From positions 92,316-156,315 of the forward strand of contig JAHPZI010000022.1 in assembly GCA_019058295.1 (NCBI GenBank): 64,000 nt of DNA, read 5' to 3'. The notes beneath the pieces are model-generated. The model was given only the letters and a program-made list of their open reading frames with translations. It did not search any database and was not told the origin of the DNA. The translations under genes were made by a program, and so were the position numbers. Of the stretch, positions 39,405-49,955 are shown one piece after another; positions within the stretch are counted from its first letter, which is position 1, and each line of letters opens with the position of its first letter. This DNA comes from Promethearchaeota archaeon (GTDB lineage Archaea > Asgardarchaeota > Lokiarchaeia > Sigyniarchaeales > SOKP01).

Positions 39405-39566
39405 ATTGTATATTGAAAAGGTTAAGTATAAAAGTAGGGAATTGGCTGAAATTTTTGAAAAAAAATGAGTTTATTCTTTTGTTTTACCTAATAATTATAA
39501 TATTCATATTAAGCTATAAGTATAATAGATAATTAAAAAGATAAGAATTTAAAAAAAAAAGATTAT

Positions 39567-39641
39567 TTATGAGAAGGGATGGGGCTCTTGATGTCAAGAG
39601 GAGGTTGGAATTTTTTGAAATCTGAGCTCATTCCTCCATAA
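39567..39641. repeat. Conserved 75-nt structured element, copy 1 (3' of a beta-helix gene)
   Basis: TTATGAGAAGGGATG...GTTGGAATTTTT.GAAATCTGAGCTCA...CATAA; the ends pair; followed by a T-tract on the minus strand. Confidence 0.7.
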
Positions 39642-39669
39642 TTTATATTTCTTGATTTTTTCATTATGT

Positions 39670-42504
39670 TTAATCAAATGTGTTTAAGTTTTTTATCAGT
39701 TTCCACCGTTTTTTTACCAGTAATATTAAAATTAAAGAACACAATCCAAAAATTATATATTGATCGTATCCCGGAATGGAAGATTCTCCACCATTTCCAT
39801 CATCATCATCATCATCACCGCTAGGTGGGAGACCTCCACCACCATTACTAGGAGCTGGAGGGGTCCAACATGGCAGTAGTGGATAGTTATCTTGTGAATC
39901 TGCAATTCCTGTTATCCATATATAGGGTGTGTCTACTATGCAATTATTATCAGCGTCTGGACTTGTGTGATTATCCCAGTAATTACCACATTTTTGATAG
40001 TCCCATGCATTATTATTTCCGTCATCGTTTGCATGAACACCATTTCCAGTAAAATTATTCCGATAGCATATATTATCGTCTGATAAATCATCAATTGTTA
40101 TACCTATCATTGTATTACTTAACACTAGGTTGTTGTAGATTATATTATCATTACTATAGTTAAATAATCCTATACCAACCATTCCGTTGAAACTCGCATT
40201 ATTTCCACTAACAAGGCTTTGTATAGTTTTATTTAATCCAATTCCTACCATATCATTGTTAAATGCATTATTCTTTTTTATTATATTATCTATACCTGCG
40301 TTTTCTATGCCAATACCAAAAGTGTGTTTACTTACCTTATTTTCTATGACTCTAATATCATAACAACCTCCAGAAACAGCTATACCAACAAAATCATTAT
40401 TGATCACTATATTTTCTGATACTGTAAAATTATGACATAGTAATGATAGACCAATTCCTGCACCAGTATTATTAACAACAGTATTTCTAGCAATTGTTGT
40501 ATTGAAGCAGTTATTATGTGTAAGAATACCTGACCAATTATTATAAACTACATGATTACCAATAATCTCATTATGGTTTGAAAGGAGAATATAGAGACCT
40601 GTCTGACTTGAGTTAATTATTTGATTTTCTGTAATTTTATTATAATCAGATGATGTAATTCTTATCCCACCAGAAGTACTATTGTAAATATAGTTTTGAG
40701 AAATTTTTAGATGGCTACAATCAAGTGCAAATATCCCCCCATTAGTACTACTCATATTATTCCCAATAGAAACAATGTTATTAGAAGAATCTAGAGTGAT
40801 TCCAGCCCCTTTTAAGCAAAGATTATCTATTAACTTACCATTGTTAGTATTCGATAAAAGTACTGTAGCTGCTGAAACATTTAAAAGTTTACAGTTTCTG
40901 ATAATAAAATACTTTTCAGAGTTTTCAATGTAGATACATGGCATCCCCAATTCACGACCATTAACCTCTAACTTCTCTATAATGTAAGGATCATTTGATG
41001 TTCCCGAACCACTAACCCACGCTTTTAATTTAGCCGTTTTACTCCAATCCCATGCGTTCACCCCTGAGTCATCAATATAGATTGTCTCACCGAGATGGAC
41101 TGGGCTACCTACGAGCGGGTAGCCATCCTCGCTGTCTGCTCCTCCAAAAATCCACATATAAGGATCATCAACGATCCCATCGTTGTCAATGTCGGGTGTT
41201 GTATGATTATCCCAATAATTACCAACAATAGAATTATTCCACTGATTATTACTTCCAGAATCACTTGCATGAATTTTGTTCCCGATAAATGAATTATGAT
41301 AAAATAAGTTATTATCACAACCACTAGATAATTCAATACCAAGTTGGAGGTTATCTTTTATAAGATTTCCTGTAACATTGTTATAATCGCAGTCATCATT
41401 TAAATAAATTCCATAATCAGTATTGTTGTATGCGGTGTTGCCTGATATGATGTTATCATGGCATCGATCATATAAATATAATCCTCGTTGGGAGTTATTA
41501 TTACAAATGTTTCCCATAATTGTACTATTATCACATTCTTGCCGTAAATATATACCAAATTGTGCATTATTGTTGGCAGTGTTTTCTGAAAGGATATTAT
41601 CATCGGAATTGAATCGCAAAATTATTCCTATTTTATTATCGCTAATTTTATTTTCGAAAAGTTTATTATCGTTACAGCTATAACTTAATCTTATTCCTAC
41701 ATCATTGTTATGAGCAGTATTATCCGTGATGTTATTATTATTGCAGTCGTGTTCAAATTCTATCCCAAAAGTATTATCGTTTACAGTATTACTCGAAATA
41801 ATATTTTCCTTACAACGATCAACTATATGTATCCCAATATTAACATTATGATTAGCTGTATTATTCGAAATCGTGTTATTATTACAAATCTGATCTATAT
41901 AAATTCCATCATCATCATTGTGATTGACAATATTTTCAGTAAGTTTATTATTATTAGAACCCCCTATTAGGTAGATTCCATAATAACTATTATCATTAGC
42001 AATATTCTTTGTAATGTTGTTATTTTCACAAGAAATTCGTAAATATATTCCATGTCTGATGTTGGAACATGTATTATTTGTTATAAGTCCATTATTAGTA
42101 TCATATAATTTGATTCCTGCATCATTCGGATTATTACCTGTATTATAAATTGTGCAATTCCTAATGATAAAATATTCAACAGAGTTTTGTATTACAATAC
42201 CGCTACCCGAACCTCCAGCATTTATGGTCACATTTTCGATAATATGCGGATTTTGAGGGGTCCCATCGTTTACTTGAATCCAATCAAGATCAGTTTCTGT
42301 CCAATTATCATTTATAATATAAATATGGTCAATATTCCAATGATCAGACGTTTTTAAGTTTTTAAAGGTAATATCAGTGTTACCCCCTCTTGGTTTTTTA
42401 TTTATCTCTACATCAGAACTGAAGTTGTCGTTGGGTATAATCACTAAAGCAAATAGAAACCCTAAAGTAATCAGAATCGTTAAAGGTTTTGATTTATGCT
42501 TCAT
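39670..42504 (-). CDS. Secreted right-handed beta-helix (NosD/CASH-type) surface glycoprotein with C-terminal anchor
   Basis: Signal peptide, many N-x-x-x-N/GI repeats, two GNYWD..D.DNYP-type caps, Pro/Gly/Asp linker, IPGY + TM helix + basic tail. Confidence 0.88.
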   Translation of the reverse strand: MKHKSKPLTILITLGFLFALVIIPNDNFSSDVEINKKPRGGNTDITFKNLKTSDHWNIDHIYIINDNWTETDLDWIQVNDGTPQNPHIIENVTINAGGSGSGIVIQNSVEYFIIRNCTIYNTGNNPNDAGIKLYDTNNGLITNNTCSNIRHGIYLRISCENNNITKNIANDNSYYGIYLIGGSNNNKLTENIVNHNDDDGIYIDQICNNNTISNNTANHNVNIGIHIVDRCKENIISSNTVNDNTFGIEFEHDCNNNNITDNTAHNNDVGIRLSYSCNDNKLFENKISDNKIGIILRFNSDDNILSENTANNNAQFGIYLRQECDNSTIMGNICNNNSQRGLYLYDRCHDNIISGNTAYNNTDYGIYLNDDCDYNNVTGNLIKDNLQLGIELSSGCDNNLFYHNSFIGNKIHASDSGSNNQWNNSIVGNYWDNHTTPDIDNDGIVDDPYMWIFGGADSEDGYPLVGSPVHLGETIYIDDSGVNAWDWSKTAKLKAWVSGSGTSNDPYIIEKLEVNGRELGMPCIYIENSEKYFIIRNCKLLNVSAATVLLSNTNNGKLIDNLCLKGAGITLDSSNNIVSIGNNMSSTNGGIFALDCSHLKISQNYIYNSTSGGIRITSSDYNKITENQIINSSQTGLYILLSNHNEIIGNHVVYNNWSGILTHNNCFNTTIARNTVVNNTGAGIGLSLLCHNFTVSENIVINNDFVGIAVSGGCYDIRVIENKVSKHTFGIGIENAGIDNIIKKNNAFNNDMVGIGLNKTIQSLVSGNNASFNGMVGIGLFNYSNDNIIYNNLVLSNTMIGITIDDLSDDNICYRNNFTGNGVHANDDGNNNAWDYQKCGNYWDNHTSPDADNNCIVDTPYIWITGIADSQDNYPLLPCWTPPAPSNGGGGLPPSGDDDDDDGNGGESSIPGYDQYIIFGLCSLILILLVKKRWKLIKNLNTFD

Positions 42505-42610
42505 TTCAATTTCACCTTATAAATATTATGATTTTTAATAGATTTTTATAAAACTTAAATCACATTGCATTTATAAAGGCATAAGGAAAGTTCTTTTACA
42601 ATAATAAAAT
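42505..42610 (-). promoter_or_regulatory. Conserved upstream region of the beta-helix gene (copy 1)
   Basis: Aligns with 47833-47938 (ATTTCACCTT, TATGATTTTT.ATAGATTTTTATAA, TATAAAGG.ATAAGGAA.GTTCTTTTACAATA); includes an AGGTGA SD. Confidence 0.65.
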
Positions 42611-42801
42611 TGTAAAAATAGAATTCTAATTAGTATAGAAATTATCTTCAGAGACAATGAATAGGATTTCGGAATTTGTGAGTAGAACTTAAAATAGTGA
42701 GATTTTTATGTTTAAGTTAGTTCCAATCTTTAAAAAATCACTTTTTTATACATTTTTATATAATCAATGCAATATTAAATTAGTGAATTATAAATTATCT
42801 A

Positions 42802-43557
42802 TTGAATGATGATTATTTGGCGATAAATTTAAGAAATTTTCTATGCTTGGATCATCCAAGTGTCCAGAGTGTAATAGAAATAGCTCAAGAGATAATTAGC
42901 GATAATAGAGTTTTAGATACGGAAACTCTCTACAATATCGCAAAAAATCGCCTCCAAATACCCCATAAAGGGCTATTAAGTATCATTCAATTTCTTATTA
43001 ACAAGAAGATTTTGGTTGAGGGGTCGAAATTTACAAAAGATTTAGTCCTAAAGAATGTAAATAGAAAAAGGATATACAATTTCATTACATCTCATATCGG
43101 CGTACACTTTTCAATCATAAAAAAGGTTCTTTTTGATGCAGAAAGCGATAAATCTGGAAGCACGGGGCAATTACTTTGGCATTTAAAAATGTTAATTAAA
43201 TTCAATTATATCAAAAAAATCAGATTTAAGAAATATACACTCTTCATCCCAGTCGAAATTGATCATAAGGTTGGAATAATTTTCTTCTTATTACGTGACA
43301 AAATCAATAAAAAAATAGTAAACTTACTCATCAACGAACAAAAAGTTGAAAAATCCGAAATATACAAACATATAAATGAACAAAGAGAATTAGTTTATTA
43401 TCGAATTAATGATTTAACAGATCATGAAATAATTACCCAATCTCGCGAGGAAGATTGCTTAATTAACTTAAATCAACATAATAAGGAACTAATTGTTCAA
43501 ATCTATAATATTATTACAAATTTAAAAACAAAAAATTCTATAATACAAAGGGAGTAA
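42802..43557 (+). CDS. Multi-winged-helix transcriptional regulator
   Basis: NVNRKRIYNFI..HIGVHFS.I...GQLLWHLKMLIKFNYI, plus a second wHTH (LVYYRINDL). Confidence 0.75.
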   Translation: MNDDYLAINLRNFLCLDHPSVQSVIEIAQEIISDNRVLDTETLYNIAKNRLQIPHKGLLSIIQFLINKKILVEGSKFTKDLVLKNVNRKRIYNFITSHIGVHFSIIKKVLFDAESDKSGSTGQLLWHLKMLIKFNYIKKIRFKKYTLFIPVEIDHKVGIIFFLLRDKINKKIVNLLINEQKVEKSEIYKHINEQRELVYYRINDLTDHEIITQSREEDCLINLNQHNKELIVQIYNIITNLKTKNSIIQRE

Positions 43558-43595
43558 TGATTAAATATTAATTTAAAAGAGGTATTTTTAAGACA

Positions 43596-44912
43596 ATGGC
43601 TTTAAACTGGACACCTGAAGTGATAATAGATTTAATATTGTCGATCGTAATTTTTATCTCTGCAATCTTAACTTATGAAATTCCAAATACAAAAAAAATA
43701 AAGTCTTTATTTTATATCAGATTAGGAATTATTTTTATGGCATTATTTTTTCTATTTGAAGGATTATCTTTTATATTTATGAGCATTTTTCTTCATCAAA
43801 TCCATTCCATTTTGATTTTATTTTCTACATTTTTTTTATTAATAGGAATTAATTATACTATGAGAGAATCTCCAATTTCATGGAATTTAATTCCACTATT
43901 TCTATTTGCTATACCTTTTTTCTACTTGACATTTCAGCCCAGTATGATCATTAATACTTATGAGTTTGGCTATAAGACAATTGCTTGGACAGGATTACTC
44001 ATTATCGTAGGAGCTTTTATTAGTATTTTAGCGGCTACAATTCTCTTTTATTGGGGTTTAAAGACATATTTTAACTCACCATTCTTAATCAAAAAGGAGG
44101 CAAAATTATTTTTTATTGGCACTACGCTTAACTCTATTATTCCCACATGTATTTATCTGTTAACGCTATGGATTCCGATCTTAATTTTATTGTGTGATTT
44201 CATTATGATAATAGGAACATTAATTTTTATTATTGCCATTATAAAAGAACCTAAACTTCTCTATATTTTACCGTTTACTATTTACCGAATAAGTGTAAAA
44301 GATAGGAAAGGCTTTCCTTTGTTTGATCATGACTGGTCTAAATCAGATATCAACGAGACTTTATTTACAGGATTTATTAACGCAGTTCAAATGATGAGTC
44401 AGGAAGTTATGGACATTGGAGGATTAGTCGATATTCATTTAGAGGAGGGAATTCTAATGTTACAAGAATCTGAATATATAACTGTTGGATTGGTTGCCTC
44501 TAAATCATCCAAATTATTACAAGAAGCGCTTATAAATTTCTCAAAAGATTTTCAAATCATGTTCAAGAGAGAGTTAAAACAATCATGCAAAGATATGGTC
44601 AAATATGAAGCCGCCTATGAGTTAATTGAAAAATATTTCTCAAACTTTCCATATAGAATCATTACCAGTAAAAAACAGAAGCTTCTTTTATCTGGGAAAT
44701 TTGTAAAAATACCTCTTGAATTAGACAATCAACTTAAAAGTGTGTTCAAGGATCAGAATGAATATGAAGCAGTTAAAGCAGAATTGATTAAAACGCCCCT
44801 ATCCTTTCCATCAGAATTTCTAAACTTTGTTGATGAGTTCAAAAAAGAAATTAAAGAGTTGGATAACGATGATTATAAATATTTAGATTGGGAATATGAT
44901 GAGGAAAATTGA
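43596..44912 (+). CDS. 7-TM membrane protein with cytoplasmic longin/roadblock-like domain
   Basis: Seven hydrophobic helices, then IYRISVKDRKGFPLF..LFTGFINAVQMMSQEV..IHLEEGILML..ITVGLVA..L..F..F. Confidence 0.65.
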   Translation: MALNWTPEVIIDLILSIVIFISAILTYEIPNTKKIKSLFYIRLGIIFMALFFLFEGLSFIFMSIFLHQIHSILILFSTFFLLIGINYTMRESPISWNLIPLFLFAIPFFYLTFQPSMIINTYEFGYKTIAWTGLLIIVGAFISILAATILFYWGLKTYFNSPFLIKKEAKLFFIGTTLNSIIPTCIYLLTLWIPILILLCDFIMIIGTLIFIIAIIKEPKLLYILPFTIYRISVKDRKGFPLFDHDWSKSDINETLFTGFINAVQMMSQEVMDIGGLVDIHLEEGILMLQESEYITVGLVASKSSKLLQEALINFSKDFQIMFKRELKQSCKDMVKYEAAYELIEKYFSNFPYRIITSKKQKLLLSGKFVKIPLELDNQLKSVFKDQNEYEAVKAELIKTPLSFPSEFLNFVDEFKKEIKELDNDDYKYLDWEYDEEN

Positions 44913-45146
44913 TTTATAATTTGAGGTTTTGTCGAATTCACAAGTTAAGGAAGCTTTACTTTTTGTAAAATATCATTCCTCATACCTTTTTATAAGCAAG
45001 TTGATTTAAATTCCCTAACAACATCCTTAAAAATGTCAAAGCATGTAAATAGGAAGATAATTCAAAAGAAGATATATTTTAATACTCTTATAAGGTTATC
45101 AATATAATAAAAAAGTTAAAAGAAAAGGATTTTAAAAAAAAATTAT

Positions 45147-45221
45147 TTATGAGAAGGGATGAGGCTTATAATTTCACTTTAAAGTTGGAATTTTTAGAAA
45201 TCTGAGCTCAACCCTTCATAA
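45147..45221. repeat. Conserved 75-nt structured element, copy 2
   Basis: Same length and same position relative to the stop codon as copy 1; terminal pairing is kept while an inner segment has diverged. Confidence 0.7.
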
Positions 45222-45249
45222 TTTATATTTCCTTATATTTTTATTATCT

Positions 45250-47832
45250 TTATTTAGATATTTTAGATTTTTTTATAAATTTCCATCGCTTTCTCGTTAA
45301 TAATCCCAATGTTAATAAACACATTCCAACTAAAATTAGTATATTGTATCCCAGAATGGCTTCTGCTTTATCTTCTTTATCGTCATCATCATCCCCATTT
45401 GATAAAATTACTGGAGTGGAAGGAGTGGAAGGAATTTCAACTAGATTCACATAAATTGAATCTTCTGTCTCATTATTACCTACTAAATCAACGGCATAAT
45501 AATAAATGATATAGTGTGCAGGAATAAGGCCAGATAAGTTAAAAGGTGTACTATATTCAAATTCTTCAGAATTATTGATTTTGTATTTAATTATAGATAC
45601 TCCAGAACCAGAAAAATCATGAGCATTCAGAGTAAATAATGTGCTTTCATTTACAAGATTAGGTTTAATATGGGGTATATAGGATATTAATGAGCTTGGT
45701 GCAATAGTATCAACTGTAAAAGATCTTGATAAAGTTTGAAATTTTGTCCCAATCGAGTTGTTTCCAAATATCTGAATTGTGTGCATTCCATCACAAGGTA
45801 ATGGAATAGTAGTATTACCTAAAATAGTTCTATTAGTTTGAGCGTCTAAAGAATACCCCATCCAATCAAGATTAGTGGAATTTTTGAAATTTAATAATAA
45901 GTCTTCATTCAGATTATCTCCAATTTTATAATTATCATCCCAAGAATATCCCACGGCATCTATACATAATTTATAAGATACTGCGGCTGTTCCAGTCCAG
46001 AATGAAAGTGTATCAATATAATCTCTATCACCAAATCTAAAACCAATCTCCTGGGAGGTAATATTATCAATAATAACCCTATATGTATCAGGTGAAAGTC
46101 CTTTATAACCACCATTTCCACATTCGAATTCTATTTTTACATGCATCCAGGTATTAACAACAGGAGCAGGCATTTGATCAACGCCATTTTCTTGGTAAAT
46201 ATCATACCATATACCCCCGATGCGATAGTGCCATTCACTGATCATAATTCTGAAATCGGGACCGATATTGGCTCCTTCTAATACTCTTATCCTTTGAGGG
46301 TCATTTTGAATGTATCCAGTTCGTATCCAAAATTCTATAGTTCCATTCGTTTGCTGATTAAAGATATTATCCGCCCAACGAATATCTCCACCATTATTAT
46401 CAATTTCCATTACTTTTTTATGATTTCCCAAAGATTCAATTACACTACATCTGCTTCCAGTCCACCCAAAAGGCAGTGAACCATCATTATCATTTTCGAA
46501 ACCGTAAGTGGCATGGTAATATCCAGCCATCGACTTATAAGTTTTATTTTCTGGGGTAACTATTTTAATTATTGGTGAAGATATTGGAAAATTATCAACA
46601 CTACCTGCAGTACCTGGAATAGCATAAGGGATGTCTCCAATTCCATCACCATTTTTATCAATCCCTAGATAATCACTATAATAATTTCCTAAAATATCGT
46701 TATCCCAGTTATTATATGTTCCGTTATCCATCGCATTATTAGAATTTGCAATGAATTCATTCAAATAAATTGTATTGTTAATACAATCTTCTAAATATAT
46801 TCCATTTCGATTATTTTCTTTTACGGTATTTCCTAATATAGTGTTATTATGACAATCTCTTAAAAATATTCCATCCCGAGTACTATTAGATATAGTGTTT
46901 TCTAATATTGTATTATTTGTACAATCATTACTGATATATATCCCATCTATTGTATTATTAAATATAATGTTTCTTGAGATCGTGTTATTCTTACAATTAT
47001 TAGTCATAAATATCCCGTACCACTGTGAAGTTGTCATGTCAGTGCTCATATTATTTCCTGAGACAACATTATCATTACAATAAATAGTCACATATATACC
47101 AGAGCGGTCATTGTCATTTGCTGTGTTATTCGTGATAGTATTATTATTGCAGACAATTAAAAGTATCCCATCCTGTTTATTTTTATTTGCATTGTTTTCC
47201 GAAATAGTGTTATTATCGCTGCTATCTAGATAAATTCCATTGTAATCATTATATTCTAAAGTGTTTCCAGATATGCTATTATTATCACTCAGATATAGAA
47301 AAATCCCATTTCTATTATTGCTTATATTGTTTCTTAACAGAAAATTATTATTACAATTTTCACGTAAGTGTATACCGTGTCTTTTATTATTAGAGCAATT
47401 ATTCTCGATTATTTGTCCATTGTCAGTATTTCTTAAAAGTATCGCAGCATCACTACTTACGATACCAGAATTATACACTGTGCAATTTCTAATGATAAAA
47501 TAATCGTTTGAATCTTCAATTATTATACCACTACCCATTCCTACAGCATTTATGGTTACGTTTTCTATAATATGTGGATTTTGGGGAGTTCCAGCTCCTA
47601 CTTGAATCCAATCTAATGCCGTAGCTGACCAATTATCATTTAGAATGTGAATATGATTAGTTTTCCAATGTCCAGAAGTGTTTGGGTTTTTAAAGTTCCT
47701 CTCGGTGATATTTGCACTTTTTCTTTCATTTATCTCTATGTCAGCAAAGAAATTGTTGTTGTTTATAATCATTAAACAAAATAAAAATCCTAATGTAATC
47801 AGAATAGTTAAATGTGTTGTTTTAAACTTCAT
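45250..47832 (-). CDS. Secreted beta-helix surface protein with lectin/LamG-like and Ig-like inserts and C-terminal anchor
   Basis: N-terminus paralogous to 39670-42504; GTIEFW..W.HVKIEF domain; DTIAP..YY..VDLVGN.E; acidic linker, ILGY + TM helix + basic tail. Confidence 0.85.
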   Translation of the reverse strand: MKFKTTHLTILITLGFLFCLMIINNNNFFADIEINERKSANITERNFKNPNTSGHWKTNHIHILNDNWSATALDWIQVGAGTPQNPHIIENVTINAVGMGSGIIIEDSNDYFIIRNCTVYNSGIVSSDAAILLRNTDNGQIIENNCSNNKRHGIHLRENCNNNFLLRNNISNNRNGIFLYLSDNNSISGNTLEYNDYNGIYLDSSDNNTISENNANKNKQDGILLIVCNNNTITNNTANDNDRSGIYVTIYCNDNVVSGNNMSTDMTTSQWYGIFMTNNCKNNTISRNIIFNNTIDGIYISNDCTNNTILENTISNSTRDGIFLRDCHNNTILGNTVKENNRNGIYLEDCINNTIYLNEFIANSNNAMDNGTYNNWDNDILGNYYSDYLGIDKNGDGIGDIPYAIPGTAGSVDNFPISSPIIKIVTPENKTYKSMAGYYHATYGFENDNDGSLPFGWTGSRCSVIESLGNHKKVMEIDNNGGDIRWADNIFNQQTNGTIEFWIRTGYIQNDPQRIRVLEGANIGPDFRIMISEWHYRIGGIWYDIYQENGVDQMPAPVVNTWMHVKIEFECGNGGYKGLSPDTYRVIIDNITSQEIGFRFGDRDYIDTLSFWTGTAAVSYKLCIDAVGYSWDDNYKIGDNLNEDLLLNFKNSTNLDWMGYSLDAQTNRTILGNTTIPLPCDGMHTIQIFGNNSIGTKFQTLSRSFTVDTIAPSSLISYIPHIKPNLVNESTLFTLNAHDFSGSGVSIIKYKINNSEEFEYSTPFNLSGLIPAHYIIYYYAVDLVGNNETEDSIYVNLVEIPSTPSTPVILSNGDDDDDKEDKAEAILGYNILILVGMCLLTLGLLTRKRWKFIKKSKISK

Positions 47833-47938
47833 TTAAATTTCACCTTGTAAAAAGTATGATTTTTGATAGATTTTTATAACACTCGAATCATGTTACCTAT
47901 ATAAAGGAATAAGGAAGGTTCTTTTACAATAGCAAAAT
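47833..47938 (-). promoter_or_regulatory. Conserved upstream region of the beta-helix gene (copy 2)
   Basis: Matches 42505-42610. Confidence 0.65.
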
Positions 47939-48222
47939 TTTTAGTGAATTTGGAAAAAATCAAGGAGTAGTTTATAAATGGATGAACGTCAGATAGGTGA
48001 TAATTTTAATAAGTCGAAATTAAATGATTTAACAAATTCGTTGAGAAAAAAATATATATAAGAGGAAGTCTCAAAAATCTATTACTCAAATACTTAAAAT
48101 CCTTAATAATAATAATAATTTTAAAAGTATAAAAAGTATAAAAAGTATAGACTCTTTTTTTAAAATTAAATCTATTTTTAATAGAATAAATAACTTTTTT
48201 ATTATTTTAGGTGTAAAGATTA

Positions 48223-49941
48223 ATGTATCATATTGACGGAACGGACTACTTGAAAACCCCCTACTATAGTAAAACACGAAGTCTTTGTCCTGAATGCTTA
48301 CAAAGGATCGGTGCTGAGATTTACGAAGAGAATGATCAAATTTGGATGAGAAAAACGTGTCCTGATCATGGGGATTTCAAAGATATAATCAGTTCATCCG
48401 CAAAATATTATAAATGGACTCACTATAAGACTGAAAATTGGAGTTTTGATAAAGATGGCGATGCTAATCCTCCAGATTGCGAGATTACTGATAAAAGGGG
48501 GTGTCCTTATAATTGTGGTTTATGTCCTGAACATTTGTCTACTTGTTCTTTAGCGCTAATAGATCTTACAAATCGATGTAATTTCAACTGTAATTTCTGC
48601 TACGCTAATGTTCAGAAAGCTGGATATTTGATTGAGCCAAGTTTAGAAGAGATTGATAGAATAATGGCGCACTTTAGAAACAAACCAATACCGGCACCTT
48701 CCATTATGTTTACGGGAGGCGAGCCTACAGTAAGAAAAGATTTTCCCGAAATCTGCGCTATGGCTAAAAAACACGGTTTTAAAGAAGTTATTGTTGCAAC
48801 TAACGGTTATGGATTCCAGAGAAAGAATGGAGGGCTTGAATGGACGAAAAAAGTTTTCGAGGCGGGTTTAGATACTTTATACTTTCAATTTGATGGCATA
48901 AATAATGCTACTTATGAAAAAACTCGTGGAATTAAGAATTTAATGGAATACAAACAGAGAGTTATAGAAAATTGCCGAAAGGCAGAGCTCACATCAATTG
49001 TTTTAGTTGCTACAATTGCTAAGGGTGTTACCGATATAGAAATTGGAAATATTATTCAATATGCAATTGATAATATTGACGTGGTTAGAGGAATCACATT
49101 CCAGCCTGTAGCTCTATGTGGGAGAATAACTGCTGAAGATATGCAAGAATTGAGAATAACAAATGCTGATGTAATTCAAGAGATTGATAACCAAACGGGA
49201 GGCAAAATTAGTATTGAAAGTGCATGGTATCCTTTAACAACAATTGTTGAATGGGGAAGAATAATTGCATATTTGGCAGACATAGAACCTGTTGAATTTA
49301 CTTGCCATCCTGATTGTGGATTTGCCACATACCTCGCAATAGACCCAGAGACTAACGAAATGGTTTCAATAATGGATTATTTTGATCCTTTGAAGATTAT
49401 TGATTTTGCTAATAAATTTTGGGATAAAATTAAGAATAAAGAAAAAGAACCAATTAAATTCTTCTCAAGTTTATTAGGAGATTTTGGTGAAACCTTGGAT
49501 AAAGGTGTTAATTGGTTAGACAAACAACAATTGAAAGCAAGATTCCTTTTAGCTATGTTGCAACATACAAAGAAACCTGGAAAACTTATGGAGATGTTTA
49601 GCAGAGTATTGATAGATGGAAAATGGGATAGTATAAGTGCGTTTACACATGGAACGCTTTTAATAAGTTCGATGCATTTTCAGGATGCATATGATTTCAA
49701 TATTGAAAGAGTAAAGCGCTGTATAGTTCATTTTGGAGTCGCTATGCCTGATGGGACAGTAAAAGAGGTCTCATTTTGTACAATGAACACTCTCCACCGA
49801 CCTGAAATAGAAAAGCAGGTTGCGAAGAAATTAACAGAAAAAGTCAAAAACGAATTCGATACCACAATGGGTTATCGAGTAGACGAAATCGATCAAGAAG
49901 TTGCCCATAATGGGGGAACAATCAAGGATGAGGAATTTTAA
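48223..49941 (+). CDS. tes: Tetraether lipid synthase (Tes/GDGT-MAS, MJ0619-like radical SAM)
   Basis: SLCPEC..KTCPDHG rubredoxin-like site, GCPYNCGLCPEH, CNFNCNFC, GGEPT, FQPV, CHPDCG, MHFQD.Y.F..ERVKRCIVH..FC. Confidence 0.85.
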   Translation: MYHIDGTDYLKTPYYSKTRSLCPECLQRIGAEIYEENDQIWMRKTCPDHGDFKDIISSSAKYYKWTHYKTENWSFDKDGDANPPDCEITDKRGCPYNCGLCPEHLSTCSLALIDLTNRCNFNCNFCYANVQKAGYLIEPSLEEIDRIMAHFRNKPIPAPSIMFTGGEPTVRKDFPEICAMAKKHGFKEVIVATNGYGFQRKNGGLEWTKKVFEAGLDTLYFQFDGINNATYEKTRGIKNLMEYKQRVIENCRKAELTSIVLVATIAKGVTDIEIGNIIQYAIDNIDVVRGITFQPVALCGRITAEDMQELRITNADVIQEIDNQTGGKISIESAWYPLTTIVEWGRIIAYLADIEPVEFTCHPDCGFATYLAIDPETNEMVSIMDYFDPLKIIDFANKFWDKIKNKEKEPIKFFSSLLGDFGETLDKGVNWLDKQQLKARFLLAMLQHTKKPGKLMEMFSRVLIDGKWDSISAFTHGTLLISSMHFQDAYDFNIERVKRCIVHFGVAMPDGTVKEVSFCTMNTLHRPEIEKQVAKKLTEKVKNEFDTTMGYRVDEIDQEVAHNGGTIKDEEF

Positions 49942-49955
49942 GAGGTGATTTATAA

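Noticed and set aside
39563-39631. 22-codon mini-ORF (MSSDFKKFQPP…) or SECIS element within the 75-nt repeat
   Set aside because: The ORF is broken by an early TAA in copy 2. The adjacent genes have no in-frame TGA, and I could not see a convincing SECIS core in both copies.
48106-48149. (TAA)n run and three AAAAGTATA tandem repeats upstream of tes
   Set aside because: Low-complexity AT-rich slippage; there are no spacers, so it is not a CRISPR array.
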